From positions 51,337,815 to 51,401,814 of the forward strand of contig NC_058368.1 of NCBI RefSeq assembly GCF_018350175.1: 64,000 nucleotides of DNA, in the 5' to 3' direction. Both the position numbers and the translations under genes were made by a program. Positions 1-15,200 of this stretch are shown here, piece by piece. The DNA is from Felis catus. Its lineage: Eukaryota. The notes beneath the pieces were generated by a model. That model was not told where the DNA came from. It did not search any database and worked only from the letters and a program-made list of their open reading frames with translations. The stretch's first letter is position 1, and every line of letters starts with the position of its first letter.

Positions 1-203
1 TCAACTAACACCTCTAATTCATATTCATGAATTCCACCTCCTCCATAGACAGAAAAACCAACCACAACTATTCCTGGTTTGTCTACTGAAAAACAAATTG
101 CATCAGGGGACCCATTCCCAGTGTTCCAACTTCTTCCCTGACTTGTTTTTGTGAATCGGTTAGCACTGGCTTTAACAGAGTGAAGAGAATTAAGTCCATC
201 AAC
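1..203 (-). CDS. MYCBP2: MYCBP2 exon, cut by the window edge: [67 protein letters not shown], start of PHR domain 2
   Basis: ttcatag|GTT GAT...; frame stays open to position 1. Confidence 0.94.
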
Positions 204-3200
204 CTATGAACAACAAAAGCAGTTACACATCAGTAGTCTGTACCTTAGTGTTAATAATATACCTACAACAAAACTATCTCCAAACTTCTAAGAAATTCAA
301 AAAATAATCTACATTTAAGAAGTAGGTGTGAACCTTTCTAAATGTACATTCTATTAAGAGATTATATAGCAATAAAACTAGATTTTATCATTCTAAATTC
401 ACAAATCATCACGGGACAGTATTTTCTTCTCTTAGTCATGCATTTCACTTAATTTATAATGCAGAACTATAAACATGTAAGTCATCACAGTCATAACATA
501 TGAATGAACTTTATCACTCACTCTGAAAAGAAATACCAAAATTTCATCAACATTCTGTGGACCAACAGTTTTCAATCTATGTGACATAGAGCTCTAGGAA
601 TTCTGGAGAGAATTAAGAAAGAGGTGGACTAAGTTTCCCCTCTTCAGTGGGACTATCCCCTCCTCTTATCTGTGAGTTTTCAAGACTTCATTTGCAGAAA
701 ATACATATACAAAAGTGAATATATATACATAACTACAATATCATTAATTACAGACTTTCATTAGAGAGGATCAGTGAACTTATTTTGGATTGAAAGTGCT
801 CTTTTCAATTACAGAGCCTGCTTTTGATCTAAGTTGGCTGTAGAAATCTGAAAGACCTATAAGAGGGAAAAAATTGAAGTTTATGATTCTAACAAGAATT
901 TCAAACTATTCTGGGAAAGAAGGAAATATGGATGTCTAAGTCATGACCTTTGTAAGTTTTTCCAAGTTCGCAGATTAGGCACCTGCAATCGGAGCATTCT
1001 TTCTCATTGGAAAGTTAAGTTCATATGGGGAAAACCAGATAGTAACCTTCTGAGGGGGACCGATGCATCAGACTTTCCTCCAGGATCTGGTACAGAAGGG
1101 AAGCCTATTATACAGGCTGAATGACCAAGTGAAAAAAAGACAAATTAAAATTTTCTGACAAGGGGCTCAATGACCTCCTAGACCAAAGTCAAAGTGAACT
1201 AAGAAATGGAGGAAGTGGTTCCCAGGGTTAAATACTAAACTCTGCTCAGGTGCATGTAATCATTCAGAAATCCTAAAGGCTAAACTGTCGCTATGAATTA
1301 GTAATGAGTATACACTGGATAGATTAATTTAGAATAGATTCCAAAATAAGTCTCCAAGTAAGAAAAAGCAAAGGCTAGGGATTATAAAAGCAAAAGAGAG
1401 AAAAGATGTTATTTGGCAAGCAACTGAGTACATGCTAACTAATCAACATTCATTTGAATGATATAAGATATTTTGCATTGTGACATGATTTTTAAAATCA
1501 ACCTCCTGTCTGCATTTTGGGTAAAAAATTAGAAACATTCACTAAATTCAGTCAAAATGTTTAGATAAATTATATGGCAGAGCAAGCAGGACAGTGATAT
1601 GATTAAAAATAATGTTATTTTGGGGCGCCTGGGTGGCGCAGTCGGTTAAGCGTCCGACTTCAGCCAGGTCACGATCTCGCGGTCCGTGAGTTCGAGCCCC
1701 GCATCGGGCTCTGGGCTGATGGCTCAGAGCCTGGAGCCTGTTTGCAATTCTGTGTCTCCGTCTCTCTCTGCCCCTCCCCCGTTCATGCTCTCTCTCTGTC
1801 CCAAAAATAAATAAACGTTGAAAAAAATTAAAAAAAAAAAAAAAAAAAATAATGTTATTTTGCAAAATGTGAAGCACTTTAAAACATTTCAAAGTAGTTT
1901 TCTCAAACATACTAATATTCGATTCTTTTAAAACTTTGTGATAATAGCTGTGCAACAATGTGAATGTACTTAATGCCGATTTTCATAAAATTATTTTTTG
2001 CATTTTATGGGGTGCCTGGCTGGCTCAGTTGGGGGAGCGTGTGACTCTTGATCTTGGGGTTGTGAGTCTGAGTCCCACGCTGGGTGCAGAAGTAACTATA
2101 AAAATAAATTAACTTAAAAAAATTACTTTTCCCATTTTACAGATGTCATTTGTCTTGTGTCAGTCAAGTGGGCAGAACTAAGGTTTAAACCTCTTTACCT
2201 TTTCCATACTGTGTGTTCCCTACTAGTAGCCCCATTTCTATTCCTCATGGGCCAGCAATGTGAACTATTTTGGAACATGGCAGTGAGGTTGTACAATGGG
2301 GCAAATAAGAGGAAAACATGCAGTGTGTATCGCTGTGACGTCTTGGGGAAACTGGTGAGAGAGGAAGCAAGCAACAGCACAGAAGAGGTGTAAGGAAGAG
2401 AAAACCAAACAGCCTGCTTGAAGGTTTTTTTTTTTTTTTTTTAAGAAAACAGTACAGATAGGATTAAAATTAGTTTATACAAAGACAAAATATATGAAAA
2501 AAGAAATTATGTGGCAAGCTTAAACATGTGCTTATTATCCAGTCTCAAAATAAAACATCACCTCAGATCCCAGGGCTGATGCTGTCAGTTCACTGACAAT
2601 ACTGGCCAGCAATCCACAGGTGTTGGAAACCAGGTGAGAGGAGAAGAGCTCATTTTCTCTCCTCAGGCTGTTCCTGACTGGGAGCACAACAATGACCAGC
2701 ATTTTCTCCAGAACTTCACGGAAGCTTGTCATACCTGAGATATTCTCTTCACTCTGTGATAGATGAAAAAAAAAAAAGTTCCAAATACTGCTTTATCTTC
2801 CTTCACCTGAGTACTCAATTGCAAAATCTTATCTTTCTAAATGACACCCTTAAAATTCAGGTTTGACTCTATGTCTAGAAGTCCATCCAGTTGTATGTGG
2901 AACCACTGACTTTACTTTTACTGTTCTTTTTTCTTTTTTTTTTTATTTTATTAAAAAAAAATTTTTTTTTAACGTTTTATTTATTTTTGAGACAGAGAGA
3001 GACAGAGCATGAACGGGGGAGGGGCAGAGAGAGGGGGAGACACAGAATGGAAGCAGGCTCCAGGCTCTGAGCCATCAGCCCAGAGCCCAACGCGGGGCTC
3101 GAACTCTCGGACCGCGAGATCTTGACCTGAGCTGAAGTCAGCCGCCCAACTGACTGAGCCACCCAGGCGCCCCTTACTGTTCTTTTTTCAATTAGTCTCT

Positions 3201-6200
3201 GTGTATCACAAAAGTACCATATATTTACAAGATGTATGTGTTTTTGTTAGCTTTGACTCATTTTCACTTACTCTCTTATTTAACTTCTCAATAATAATTA
3301 TATATGACAGAAAAACACTCCTATTTAAAAAGCTTTTTCAATAGGACAAAATTCCAATCTAAGATAATTATTTCTGGTATAGTTACAGGTAAAACAACTG
3401 GGAAAGTATGTGCAAATCTTTTTTCTAATAAAACTTTTTCTGTACATGCATGTAATAAAAATATGGAATTCTACTACAAATACTCCTATGCAGTTTTACA
3501 ATTTCTTCTGTACTTGACTTCCTAAATGAAGATAAGACATTCCAACCCCTACCAATAAAAATTTCAAGATAAGAAATTATAAAGTCCCAACAAAGACCAA
3601 GGGGAAAACATAGGTCTTTTTTTCCAGAAACCAAGTGAAAAGATGATTAAATTAGTTGATGTCCAGCATGAACATTATTTATATTTTCTACCATCCTCAG
3701 TATCATTTAGCCCACTGTGGACACAGCGCAAAATGCATCCAATTTAATGAGGGGACAACTGTGACCAATGACCCAATTTTACTGTGGACTAGAGAATCAA
3801 ACAATTTGGAATTTAGTTCCAGTTTCTTCATAGTGCCTTAACTTCTGTAAAATCAGGGAAACTATATACTCTGATTCAGTTATCAAAATCACCTAGTTGC
3901 ACCCTGAATAGCCAAGTTTTTCCACAATACTTACATTCCATGCTGCTTTACAAGATACAGCAAATTCAACAGATTTCATAAAGTCATAAAATCTCAAGGT
4001 AGAAAAGGGTCTTTAAAGTTAAATCAGTCTTCCCAAGATAAATAAAATATGTAAATGAGGGTACATTCAACCCATTATAGAAAACTAAGTAACTTTTTAG
4101 TTAAAATAATCATGAGCATTATTTTAAACCACTCCCAACAGCTTTCCTTTTTGAGAGAGAGAGAGACAGAGACAGAGTGAGAAAGAAAGAGAGAGAGAAA
4201 ATCAGGGGCAGAGACCAATGTGGGGCTCTATCTCACCACCGACAGGTGAGATCATGACCTGAACTGAAATCAAGAGTCAGATGCTTAATCAACTCAGCCA
4301 CCCACGTGCCCCATCAACAGCTTTCTTAATGTGCAATCTTAAGCTAACAAAAAGTCACTTAGAAATAATCTTCCATCCTTGGCCCAAGAACTGAGAACCA
4401 AGATCAATGGAACAGAATAGACAACCCAGAAATGGACCCACAAATGTATGGCCAACTAATCTTTGACAAAGCAGGAAAAAATATCCAATGGAATAAAGAC
4501 AGTCTCCTCAGCAAGTGGTGCTGAGAAAACTGGACAGCGACATGCAGAAGAATGAACCTGGACCACTTTCTTACACCATACACAAAAATAAACTCAAAAT
4601 GGATGAAAGACCTCAATGTAAGACAGGAAGCCATCAAAATCCTCGAGGAGAAAGCAGGCAAAAACCTCTTTGATCTTGCCTGCAGCAACGTCTTACTCAA
4701 CACATCTCCGGAGGCAAGGGAAACAAAAGCAAAAATGAACTACTGGGACCTCATCAAAATAAAAAGCTTCTCCACAGCGAAGGAAACAATCAGCAAAACT
4801 AAAAGGCAGCCGACAGAATGGGAGAAGATATTTGCAAATGACATATCAGATAAAGGGTTAGTATCCCAAATCTATTAAGAACTTATCAAACCCAAAAAAC
4901 AAATAATCCAGTGAAGAGATGGGCAAAAGACATGAATAGACGCTTCTCCAAAGAAGACATCCAGATGGCCAACCGACACATGAAAAAATGCTCAACATCA
5001 CTCATCATCAAGGAAATACAAATCAAAACCACAATGAGATACCACCTCACACCTGTCAGAATGACAAACATTAACAACTCAGGCAACAACAGATGTTGAT
5101 GAGGATGCAGAGAAAGAGGATCTTTTTTGTACTGCTGGTGGGAATGCAAACTGGTGGAGCCACTCTGGAAAACAGTATGGAGGTTCCTCAAAAAACTAAA
5201 AATAGAACTACCCTACAACCCAGCAATCACACTACTAGGCATTTTTCCAAGGGATATAGGTGTGCTGTTTCGAAGGGACACATGCACCCCCATGTTTATA
5301 GCAGCACTATCAACAATAGCCAAAGCATGGAAAAAGCCCAAATGTCCATCAATGGATGAATGGATAAAGAAGATGTGGGATATATATACAATGAAGCATT
5401 TTACTCGGCAATCAGAAAGAATGAAATCTTGCCATTTGCAACTACGTGGATGGAACTGGAGGGTATAATGCTAAGTGAAATTAGTCAGAGAAAAACAAAA
5501 ATCCTATGACTTCACTCATATGAGGACTTTAAGAGACAAAACAGATGAACACAAGGGAAGGGAAACAAAAATAATATAAAAACAGGGCGGGGACAAAACA
5601 GAAGAGACTCATACATATGGAGAACAAACTGAGGGTTACGGAGGGGTTGTGGGAGGGGGGGATGGGCTAAATGGGTAAGGGCCACTAAGGAATCTACTTC
5701 TGAAATCATTGTTGCACTATATGCTAACTAATTTGGATGTAAATTAAAAAATAATAATAATAATAAAATAAAAAAAAATAATCTTCCATCTTTAGATTAT
5801 TTCTATTATCATTTGAATAAGATTACCATAAAACATCAATTCTTATGTAATTAGTTCTCCTGGCTTTAAAATAAGAAATTCCTCATTTTGCTAAAATTGT
5901 AATTCTTCTAGCCTTTACATCACTTTAATTCTCCAGAAACTTTACTTTTTGGAACTTCTCAGAAAATTAGCTTTGGATGAAACTCAATCCCGAACTGTAC
6001 TCCATAATCAATAACCTGGAAGGGCTTTATCAGGGGGATGGGTGGAGTGTATTTATTTAGTTACACCCACTTAGTTTCTAATTAGTAACTAACAAGATTA
6101 ATACGAGAAGCTTCCCATATATTCTTAAAATGGAATTAAGTGTCAATGCTTTAGTTGAAGAACCAAAATGTATGAATGTATGTGTATATATGCACATATA

Positions 6201-9200
6201 TGTGTACATAGATATGTAATACGTATTAATATATAAAAATAAATAATATGAAAAAATATATTTATTAGTACATCACTAGCCCCTTAAATTTAAAATTTTT
6301 TAAATGTTTATTCATTTTTGAGAGAGAGAGAGCACGTGCACGTGTGTGCACACAAGCGGGGGAGGGGCAGAGAGAGAGGGAGACACACAATCCAAAGCAG
6401 GCTCCAGGCTCTGAGGTGTCAGCACAGAACCTGACACGGGGCTCGAGTTCATGAACTGTTAGATTATGACCTGAGCTGAACTCACACGCTCCACCAACTG
6501 AGTCACCCAGGCACCCCATTAGCCACTTAAACTTTAGAAAAGGGAACTCATTCACCAGTGGTGGGGAATGTAAGCTGACACTTGGTTTCTGGAGGGCATT
6601 TTAACAATTTGTAGAAAAGTCTTGAGGTGTTTTCCTTTTACTTAAGAATTTTTACTTACTCCGGAAAAGTCATCATTAATATACATAAAAATGTAGTCAA
6701 TGATATTTTCAGCAACACGGTTTAAAATAGTGGGAATAATCTAAATATATACATAGAGAGAGAAAGGACTCATTAACTATATTATGCTACATCCAAATGG
6801 TAGAATCCTGTATCTATTAAAAAGAGGGTGGGGCGCCTGGGTGACTCAGTCGGTAGAGTGTCTGACTTCGGCTCAGATCATGATCTCACAGTTCATGCGT
6901 TCAAGCCTCACGTCAGGCTCTGTGCTGACAGCTCAGAGCCTGGAGCCTGCTTCAGATTCTGTGGCTCCTTCTTTCTCTCTGCCCCTTCCCTGCTCAGTCT
7001 GTGTCTCTTTCTCTCAAAAATAAATAAAAACATTAAAAAAAAAGGAGGGTAGAATATGTACTACCTTCATAGAATATTGATAAAGACATACAAATACACA
7101 ATTATTAACCATTAATAATTACCAAATGTTTGTAGAATTCCAAAAGAAAAACACAGAATTACCCATAACTTTATCACCTAAGTATTATTTTCATTTCTCA
7201 GTATTTTCTTACAAAATATGTATTAAATACATATTACAAGATATGTATGTCTTTTGCATACATATTTTACATAGTCATCACAGTACACCATAGTCATACT
7301 AAAGTACATAAACTTTAGTTTCTGATTTTCTAACTAAAAAGTTTAAAAACATTGGCCTTGATATTAAATGTAAATAAAGTTATTTTTAAGGGCTGAACCT
7401 TTTTCTATCAAGTTGATATATCCAAATTCAAGTATTTCACTTAATGATGAACATTTGGGACTCTAATTAAGGTTTTCCATTTTTTCTTTTAATAAAGTAC
7501 ACAAATGGCTTCAGTCTTTCAATTATTCCCTTGGATAATTTACTTGTAAATATTCAACAACATAATACTGAATTGACAATTTATCTTGTAAAAATATCCT
7601 CCAGTTTATAGGCACTCCCCCATTGCCAATTCAAGAGCTGACTCCTGCCTCAACTAATACCTAATTATAATCCCAGTAAATAGAAGGTACACAATAAATA
7701 CTTGATGAGAGACCGAAAGAAAAAGATTACTTAGATTAATTACATAATGCCAGGAACCATCATCAATAAGTTCAGGAGGTTTCCTCATAGTCTCACCAGT
7801 GTAGGACTTGATAAGAGAAAAAAACTCTTCATTTTTCTTAATTTTTTACAAATAAATTAGTACCTTAATTCATCCACATTTAATTTCTAGTAAGGCTTAA
7901 ATTTTTCCCATAATGGCTTACTCTCTAAAGACCCTCTTATATTTACTCTTATTATTTCTACTGTAATTCTACAAAGTATTATTGACCGCAAATTTTCTTC
8001 CCATTCTGCTATTGTCCTTCATTTCTATATGTCACTTAAATTTTTCTCATTATTTTTCTGTTGCTTCAGTCAACAGAAAATTGCTATTGTATAATTAGGA
8101 TAACTATTCTATTTTCTACTGCTTTTTTTGGCTTTCATTTTAAAGATTACTCCTCATCAACTTGATAGTATTATATATGGTTTTCACGTGTATTTAAGTT
8201 AATTTTTCTGCATAGTGCTTTCTAATAAACCAGAAACAGTTTCTAAAGCATGTTTCCTGTGACTATTGTTTTAGAGTACTTATTTTAACACACCAAAATG
8301 TTATAGAAAAAAAATGTCTCAAAAATTTACTTATTTCCCTAAGAATTCTGTTAGCAATCTAAAATAAGAGAATATACAAGTTTGCTTATAGTATCTGCAA
8401 CTTTCAAATGGTTTGGCAAATAATATATGTGAATATTATGTGAATAATATGTGAATAATATGAATAATATATGAATTCACTGTGCAACTCTCAAATTTTT
8501 TATAGGTTAGGTTTCATTCAAAATTAAAAAATGGGAGAAAGAATATTGCAAATTTACAGGTAAACATGAGAATTTTTTCCCCTGAATTTTAGCTCTTCTT
8601 GTGAAACACATACTTATTTGGTAAATATCAGTATAGAAGAATAAGCAACAACTTAAATATGCCCTCCATTTACTTCAGTATAAAAGATACTTTGGGAAAA
8701 GACCTACCTGGCTGAGCTTTTCCATATGTGCTACCAAAAGGGGGAACCGGTGAACTAATGTTGAGTCATTCTCTGTGCTAACTTGTTTAACAATTGATCG
8801 TAATAGTACTTCTCCATCATATGCAATAGGGAAGATGGAAGTCAGCTTAACAGAAGTGTGGCACAGAGCTGACATAACAGCTGCAAGCAATCGGCTACTT
8901 GAAGTCTTGAAGTTTGCTTCCTGGATATCCTTTAAAAAAAAAGGAAGATGAGCCCATCAAAGAAATATGGCATCAGTTTAATCCAAATGTTTGGATACAC
9001 AAAAGTTAAACAATTTTTAAATCATACCAAAGTTTTCTAGCACTCATTTTAATTGTCTTGATACAGAATTTAATTACATCAATACTTTTAAACACAACTG
9101 TTTAAGTTACTATCCAATGAAGATGTAAAATTATTAAATATGGTCAAATATCAGCCTCCTATTCTCCATTCAATGAGTTTATATATCCTCAGAATCTTAG

Positions 9201-12200
9201 TCCTCTCTAGCACTATGCTCAAAGAATTACATCAAAAAGGCCCCAATCAGTATATATCTAAGACATGTCCAGTAACAAGCACTGAAACAATTTTCCTCAA
9301 ATAATTACTGATTTAAATTATAATTCTGTGCAACTATAACATTTCACTAATGGTAATGTAGCATAATGAATTATTATAATAAACATTTCACTAAGGTTAC
9401 AAAATATGTCATCACATTATATATCTGTTCAGAAAATTAACAGCATACTTGTAAAATTTTGTAACAAAATATTAAAAACTTATCAAGACATGATATCCTA
9501 ATTCACAAAAACTGTGTATATGTTACTTAGTTCATCAAACATCTGTACTACAAATTCAGGTTAACAGCAATATCCTATATGTTAAACCAATATTTGTTAA
9601 TGCTAGCCTGTTCTGTAGCCAGTTCAGTAGTAAAGAAAACCATATGAGACTGGACAGGTTGAGACAGTAAGTTGTGCACCAGTCCAGGCAATAACCTTAT
9701 CTCAGGAAATTGAGTGGTAAAATACACTACTCTGCTATAGGTCATCAATGAACCTGGAGAACACTATGAGTGAAATAAGCCAGTTACAGCAAGCCAAAAT
9801 ACTGCATGATTCCACTTACATGCAGTGTCTGCTCACAGAAGCAGAGAAGAGTGTGGATAGGATGAGGGGGAAATGGGGAGCTGGTATTCAACAGGTATAA
9901 AGTTTCAGTTATGAAAGATGAGTAAGCACTAGTGATGTGTTATACAACATTGCATCTGCAGTTAACAATATCATACTGTATGCTCAAAATCTAAGAGGGA
10001 GATCTCATATTAAGTGTTTTTACCACAAAGAAATACATTTTTAATGACAAGAATAATAAATTCAGTATGTAAACAGCTAAAAAACAGTAATAATAAAATA
10101 AAAACAAAGTTGCCTACCCCGATGTCATCCCCAGAATATCTTTCAAATAGGCTAGGATAACCTGGTGATGACAGTGAACTTTCTTAGGGGAGGAGAAGGT
10201 GCTAGAATTTCCTCTACAATGCTGAATAGAAGTGGTGACAACAGTCACCTTGTGCCTTACTCCCAAGCTTAGAGGAGTATTCAGTATTTCACCATTAAGT
10301 TTGATATTAACTATGCATTTTTCTCTAGAGATCCTTTATAATCATAGCTTGAGGAAGTTTCCTTAAATCCTAGTTTGCATGGACGTTTTCACCATTGAAT
10401 AAGTGCCAATTTTGTCACATTTTCTGCATCTATTGAGACGATTATACAATTTCCCCAGTTTATTCAGTTAATATGGTGAATTACATTGAACTTTGAAAGT
10501 TTAACCTTGCACTTCCAAGAAAAACCCTACTTGGTGTGATATATTTTTTATATTGCTGGATTTGATTTGATAATATTGTTAAGAGTTTTTGCATCTATGT
10601 TTCTGAGTAAAATTTGTACTAATATGTTCTTTTAATATCTTTGTCAGGTTTTGGTATCAGTATAAGGCTAACTTGACAAAATCAGTTGGGAAATGTTGTC
10701 TCCTATGTCTTCTGAAAGAATTTGTAAAAGATTGATATTGTTTCAGGTTTGATAGAATTCACCAATAACAATATCTGGGTCTGGAGTTTTCTTTGTGGGA
10801 AAGTTTTTGATAATGAATTCAATGTTTTAATGAATAGAAGGCAATTCAGATTTTTATATTTCTTATTGTGCTAGTTTTGATTAAGCTATATTTTTCAAGA
10901 AATTTGTCTACTTTACCTAAAATTATAAATTATTGGTATACAGCTGTTCAAAATATTCTTTTATCATTTTAATGTCTGTTTGGATCTATATTGATATTCA
11001 CTATTTCATTTTTGATAATGGCATTTTGTGTTTTTTCTTCATCTCTGGTCTCTCAATCAGACTTGCTATGAGTGTATTAGTTTGGTTTTAATTTTGAAGA
11101 ACCAACTTTTGGTCAATTTTCTCTATTTTTACTTTACTGATTTCTGCTCTTATCTTTATTATTTCCTCCCAATATCTTTATTACTTTCTTCTTATTTTGG
11201 TTTGCTAATTCTTTCTGACTTCTTTAGGAAGAAACTTAGATCACTGATTTTAAACCTTTCTTCTTTGCTAGTAGTATGATTTAAAGGAATACATTTCTTG
11301 GGGCAGCTGGGTGGCTAAGTTGGCTAAGTGTCCAACTCTTGGTCTCAGCTCAGGTCATGATCTCACAATTTGTGGGATCAAGCCCCAAGTCGGGCTCCGT
11401 GCTGAGAGTGCAGTGCCTGCTTGGGATTCTCTCTCTCCCTCTCTCAAGATAAATAAATAAATATTTTAAAAAGTATAAATTTCCTTTAGCTACATCTCAC
11501 AATTTCTGACGTTATACTTTTATCTTCCAGTGCAAAATATTTTCAAGTTTCCTTTGGATTTCTTTGATTCACTGGTTACTTAGAATTATTGTCTATTTTC
11601 CATATATTTAGTGCTTTTCTCAATATATTTTGCTATTTATTTTAACTTTAGTCCTATTATGGTCTGAAAACTTTTAATTTTAATCTTTTGAAATTACTAA
11701 AACTTATTTTATGGCTTAGCATATGATCTATCTTTGTGAGCAAGATATGTATACTTGAAAATAACGTATTGTGCACTTGACATTCTGTTTTATAAATGTC
11801 AGTAAAGCCAATGTGGTTGATAATGTTGTCCAGATCTTCCATTTCCTTACTGATTTTTCGGTTTAGTTGTTCTATTAATTGCTAACAGAGGAGTGTCGAA
11901 GTCTCCAACTATCACTGTGAATTTGTCTATTTCTCCCTTTAGTTCTGCCATTTTTTTGCCTCAAGCATTTTGAAACTGTGATTTGGGGCATACACATTTA
12001 TGAGGCTTGTGGTTTCCTCATGAATGAATGATGTTAGCAAGCAAGTTCGCTCACAGATCTTTCTCCTGACCATTCTGCACATAAGGAGGCTGCAGGAGCT
12101 GCCCTTCTAGTGCTGTCCTTGCTCTTACACACTTGCTCACAACTATTCTTGCTCTTACGCACACATGCTTACTCAGATTCAAAAAGCAAATCAGCAACTG

Positions 12201-15200
12201 CACAATGTGCCTGTCAAGTTTACAAGTAAAAATGATAAAGCAAACAGAAAAAAAAATGTCTTTGAACTTTAAGTCACATATACCAAACCAATGTCCTAAT
12301 TTACCTTTTATAAAAGTTAGAAAGATTGAGGCAACAGCACTTTAAAGAGTATTAAGTAACATATCATATTTTCAACTAACATTTTACAAACTTAAATTAC
12401 CTGATCCAGACAATTCAGCAGATCACAAAGGCAAGCCCACTGTAAGGCAGGAGTTGGGTAGAAAGAATGAAAACAGGCAGTAAAGGTATTATGACACTCT
12501 TGAAGGACAGCTTCTAGGAGACTCAAAGGTTGACTGAGATATCCTTGAGGATCATTATCCAACTTCACCATGCAGTGATCAACTCCTTCTGATAAAATTT
12601 TTCTTAACAAAGTTCTAGTTTTTCCAATACATTCTGCTAATTTGCTAGTTTCTTCCACAACTGCTTTTCCGGTAGCTTTGAGGGAACAAAGCAGATTGCT
12701 AATTAAATAGGATAATAAATATGGATGGAGACATTTAATATAATTCAAGTAATTTCCTATGTAACTAGAGATCACAAGTCCTCATAACCTAGAGATGAAA
12801 CAATTTAGAGATTAAATGCAGTCCAAAATTATTTCTCTTAAAAATCTAAGTAGGAAAAAAAAATGACCCTGAAATATTGGTTTCAGCCTCTAAGTCCAAA
12901 TGAGTTGTTCAAAAGTTTTCTATTTGACCAAATCTGTTAAAATAATACTTTATTAGAGTAATTTTTAGCCTGACATGACTTTTTGTTATCAGCATAACAT
13001 GTAATCTATTTTACTCTTCGTAAGTAAATATATAAAGGTCACAAAAGCTGACTTTCTCCCCTCATTTTTGGAGGTTAAAGGCAGCTGGGGATCTTAAATT
13101 CCTGGTTTTCCCATATAGACCTTCTCAATGTCTCAAATATTTTCTCCCTAAAGTCATTTAAAAAGAAGCTTCATACCTGATACTGGGTAAATTTCACACG
13201 TATAGACACGCAATAACCTCAGACAACAGGTACCCACAAAGCGCAGTCTCTCTAAATCTAGAAGTGTCGCTGTGAACTGGAATCCTTTTAATCCTCTAAG
13301 TTCTTCAACTCCTAAGACTAAGGTGGTCCAACTCCAGTGAAGAATGCTCAATAATGACTCAAAACATTCCTAATCCAGAATATGAAAAAACAGGTAACAG
13401 TTAGTTCAAATGATCCATAGGTTGAATCAAATGGAAAGATGGCATCAACTTCAAAACTTTATTTGAACTTTTTTACTGTGTTTTGATTAGTGCAAATAAT
13501 AGACATTCTATTAGTTCATTTACCACATTACCATTAGGAGTACCTTTGAAGCTTGGCAAAAAAGGTACAGTAGTTAGGCATCTATAAAAACAACATTCTT
13601 CAATATTTGCCTAGTTAAAAATACATTAAATTGTTTTTTAATGTTTATTTATTTTTGAGAGAGAGACAAGAGTGTGAGTGGGGGAAGGGCAGAGAGAGAG
13701 GGAGACACAGAATCCAAAGCAGGCTCCAGGCTCTGAGCTGTCAGTGCAGAGCCCAATGTGGAGCTTGAACTCACAAACCGTGAGGTCACGACTAAAGTCA
13801 GACACTTAACTGAGTCACCCAGGCACCACTAAAAATACATTTTTAAGTTTCCCTGCTCTCAACCTATCTAGTTTATCATATAAGTAAGGAAAAAAATAAA
13901 AAATATTTACAAATCTATGTTTACTTGAAAGCAAAATTAAACTCTACGCTGTTGCTGTAGTATTGCATTTCTAGTTGTTCTGCAGTACTTAGTGTATCCT
14001 ATGAAAATTTTAAAAAGATGCAAAATTTTATCATTACAAACAAGAAGGTTGTATAGCATACTGTATGAAAGACTAATAAGTTTGTGTATATATAAAAAAT
14101 GGTCTGAAAGGATATACATCAAAATGTAAACAGTAGTTATATGGGGTAATAACAGAGTGACAGGGAAAGAACTTTAGGGTACTTTTAATATAGTTTTATC
14201 CCTACTCTACCCTATTCCAAACCAGGGATGTATACTAATCTTGTGATTTTAAAAAACTAATACAAAAAGGAAAAAAAAACATTCTCCCTATGCATTTTAC
14301 CAACATGAAAGACTACTGACTACATTAATGAATCACATTCATATAGTGCCTTACAATTAAAAAAGCATTTTTGTATCCCTTATGTCAACAGAAATTCATA
14401 GTGATGCTATCAGTTTATTTAAATAACTTGCATAAGAATGCTCAACTAGTACAGGACAAGAACTTAACTCAGACTTCCCATGATCTCTCAATTACATCAT
14501 GTTGGCTTTCCATTCTACACTAGTAACCCCAGTAATGTGGCATAGTTTTGAAGGTAGAATGCAGATGGTCAAGTAGTTCAACAGAGCCCTGAGTTAAATA
14601 TACAACTCTTCTACTTAGCTCCTCAAGCATTAGATTAGCACTTTTTAGTCAATTATCAGCCTTAACTTTTCCTTCACTTTCTCCTTCAGCACATGTATTC
14701 ATACAAGATTTACTAGAAAACCCACCAGTTATTTCAGTTCATGTTTAAGTTCATGTTAAAGTCAGCCAACATCTCTATTTTCCCATTATTTAAAGTACAT
14801 ATTATTTATTCTTTGCCCTGGGATGTCAGTGCTAATCTAAAAACAAATCTGAGTTCATAAAACTATGTTGAGATAAACTCTCAGAAGGGTGGCTAACCGC
14901 CAAACATCAAAATGAAATGGAGCACTGGACAAAGAACCTGAAATTTTTTAAAAAATGGCTTACCACTGAGACAGTTCTTGCAAAAGATCTCTTTAAAATA
15001 TGTACAGGTTCGCTGGTTTGCTGTTTGCCTTTTGAGGCACTACCATCACTGGTTGGAAGTCTGAAAGTAGCATATACACATAAATTTATGTTAGAAGGTC
15101 CAATGACAATTTTCAAAATATACATTTTTGAAATAGCAAAACATGCTATTAAATATTAAGTGCTATATAATTAAAACATCATTTAATCAGTGTACCCAGA

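Noticed and set aside
1622..1700. tRNA gene (A-box and B-box present)
   Set aside because: It is the tRNA-derived head of a CanSINE, followed by the SINE body and poly(A)
1548..1958. 136-aa ORF and many similar 60-100 aa ORFs (MAQSV.., ..GRERGRHRI..)
   Set aside because: Translations of CanSINE sequence that recur wherever the SINE does; not genes
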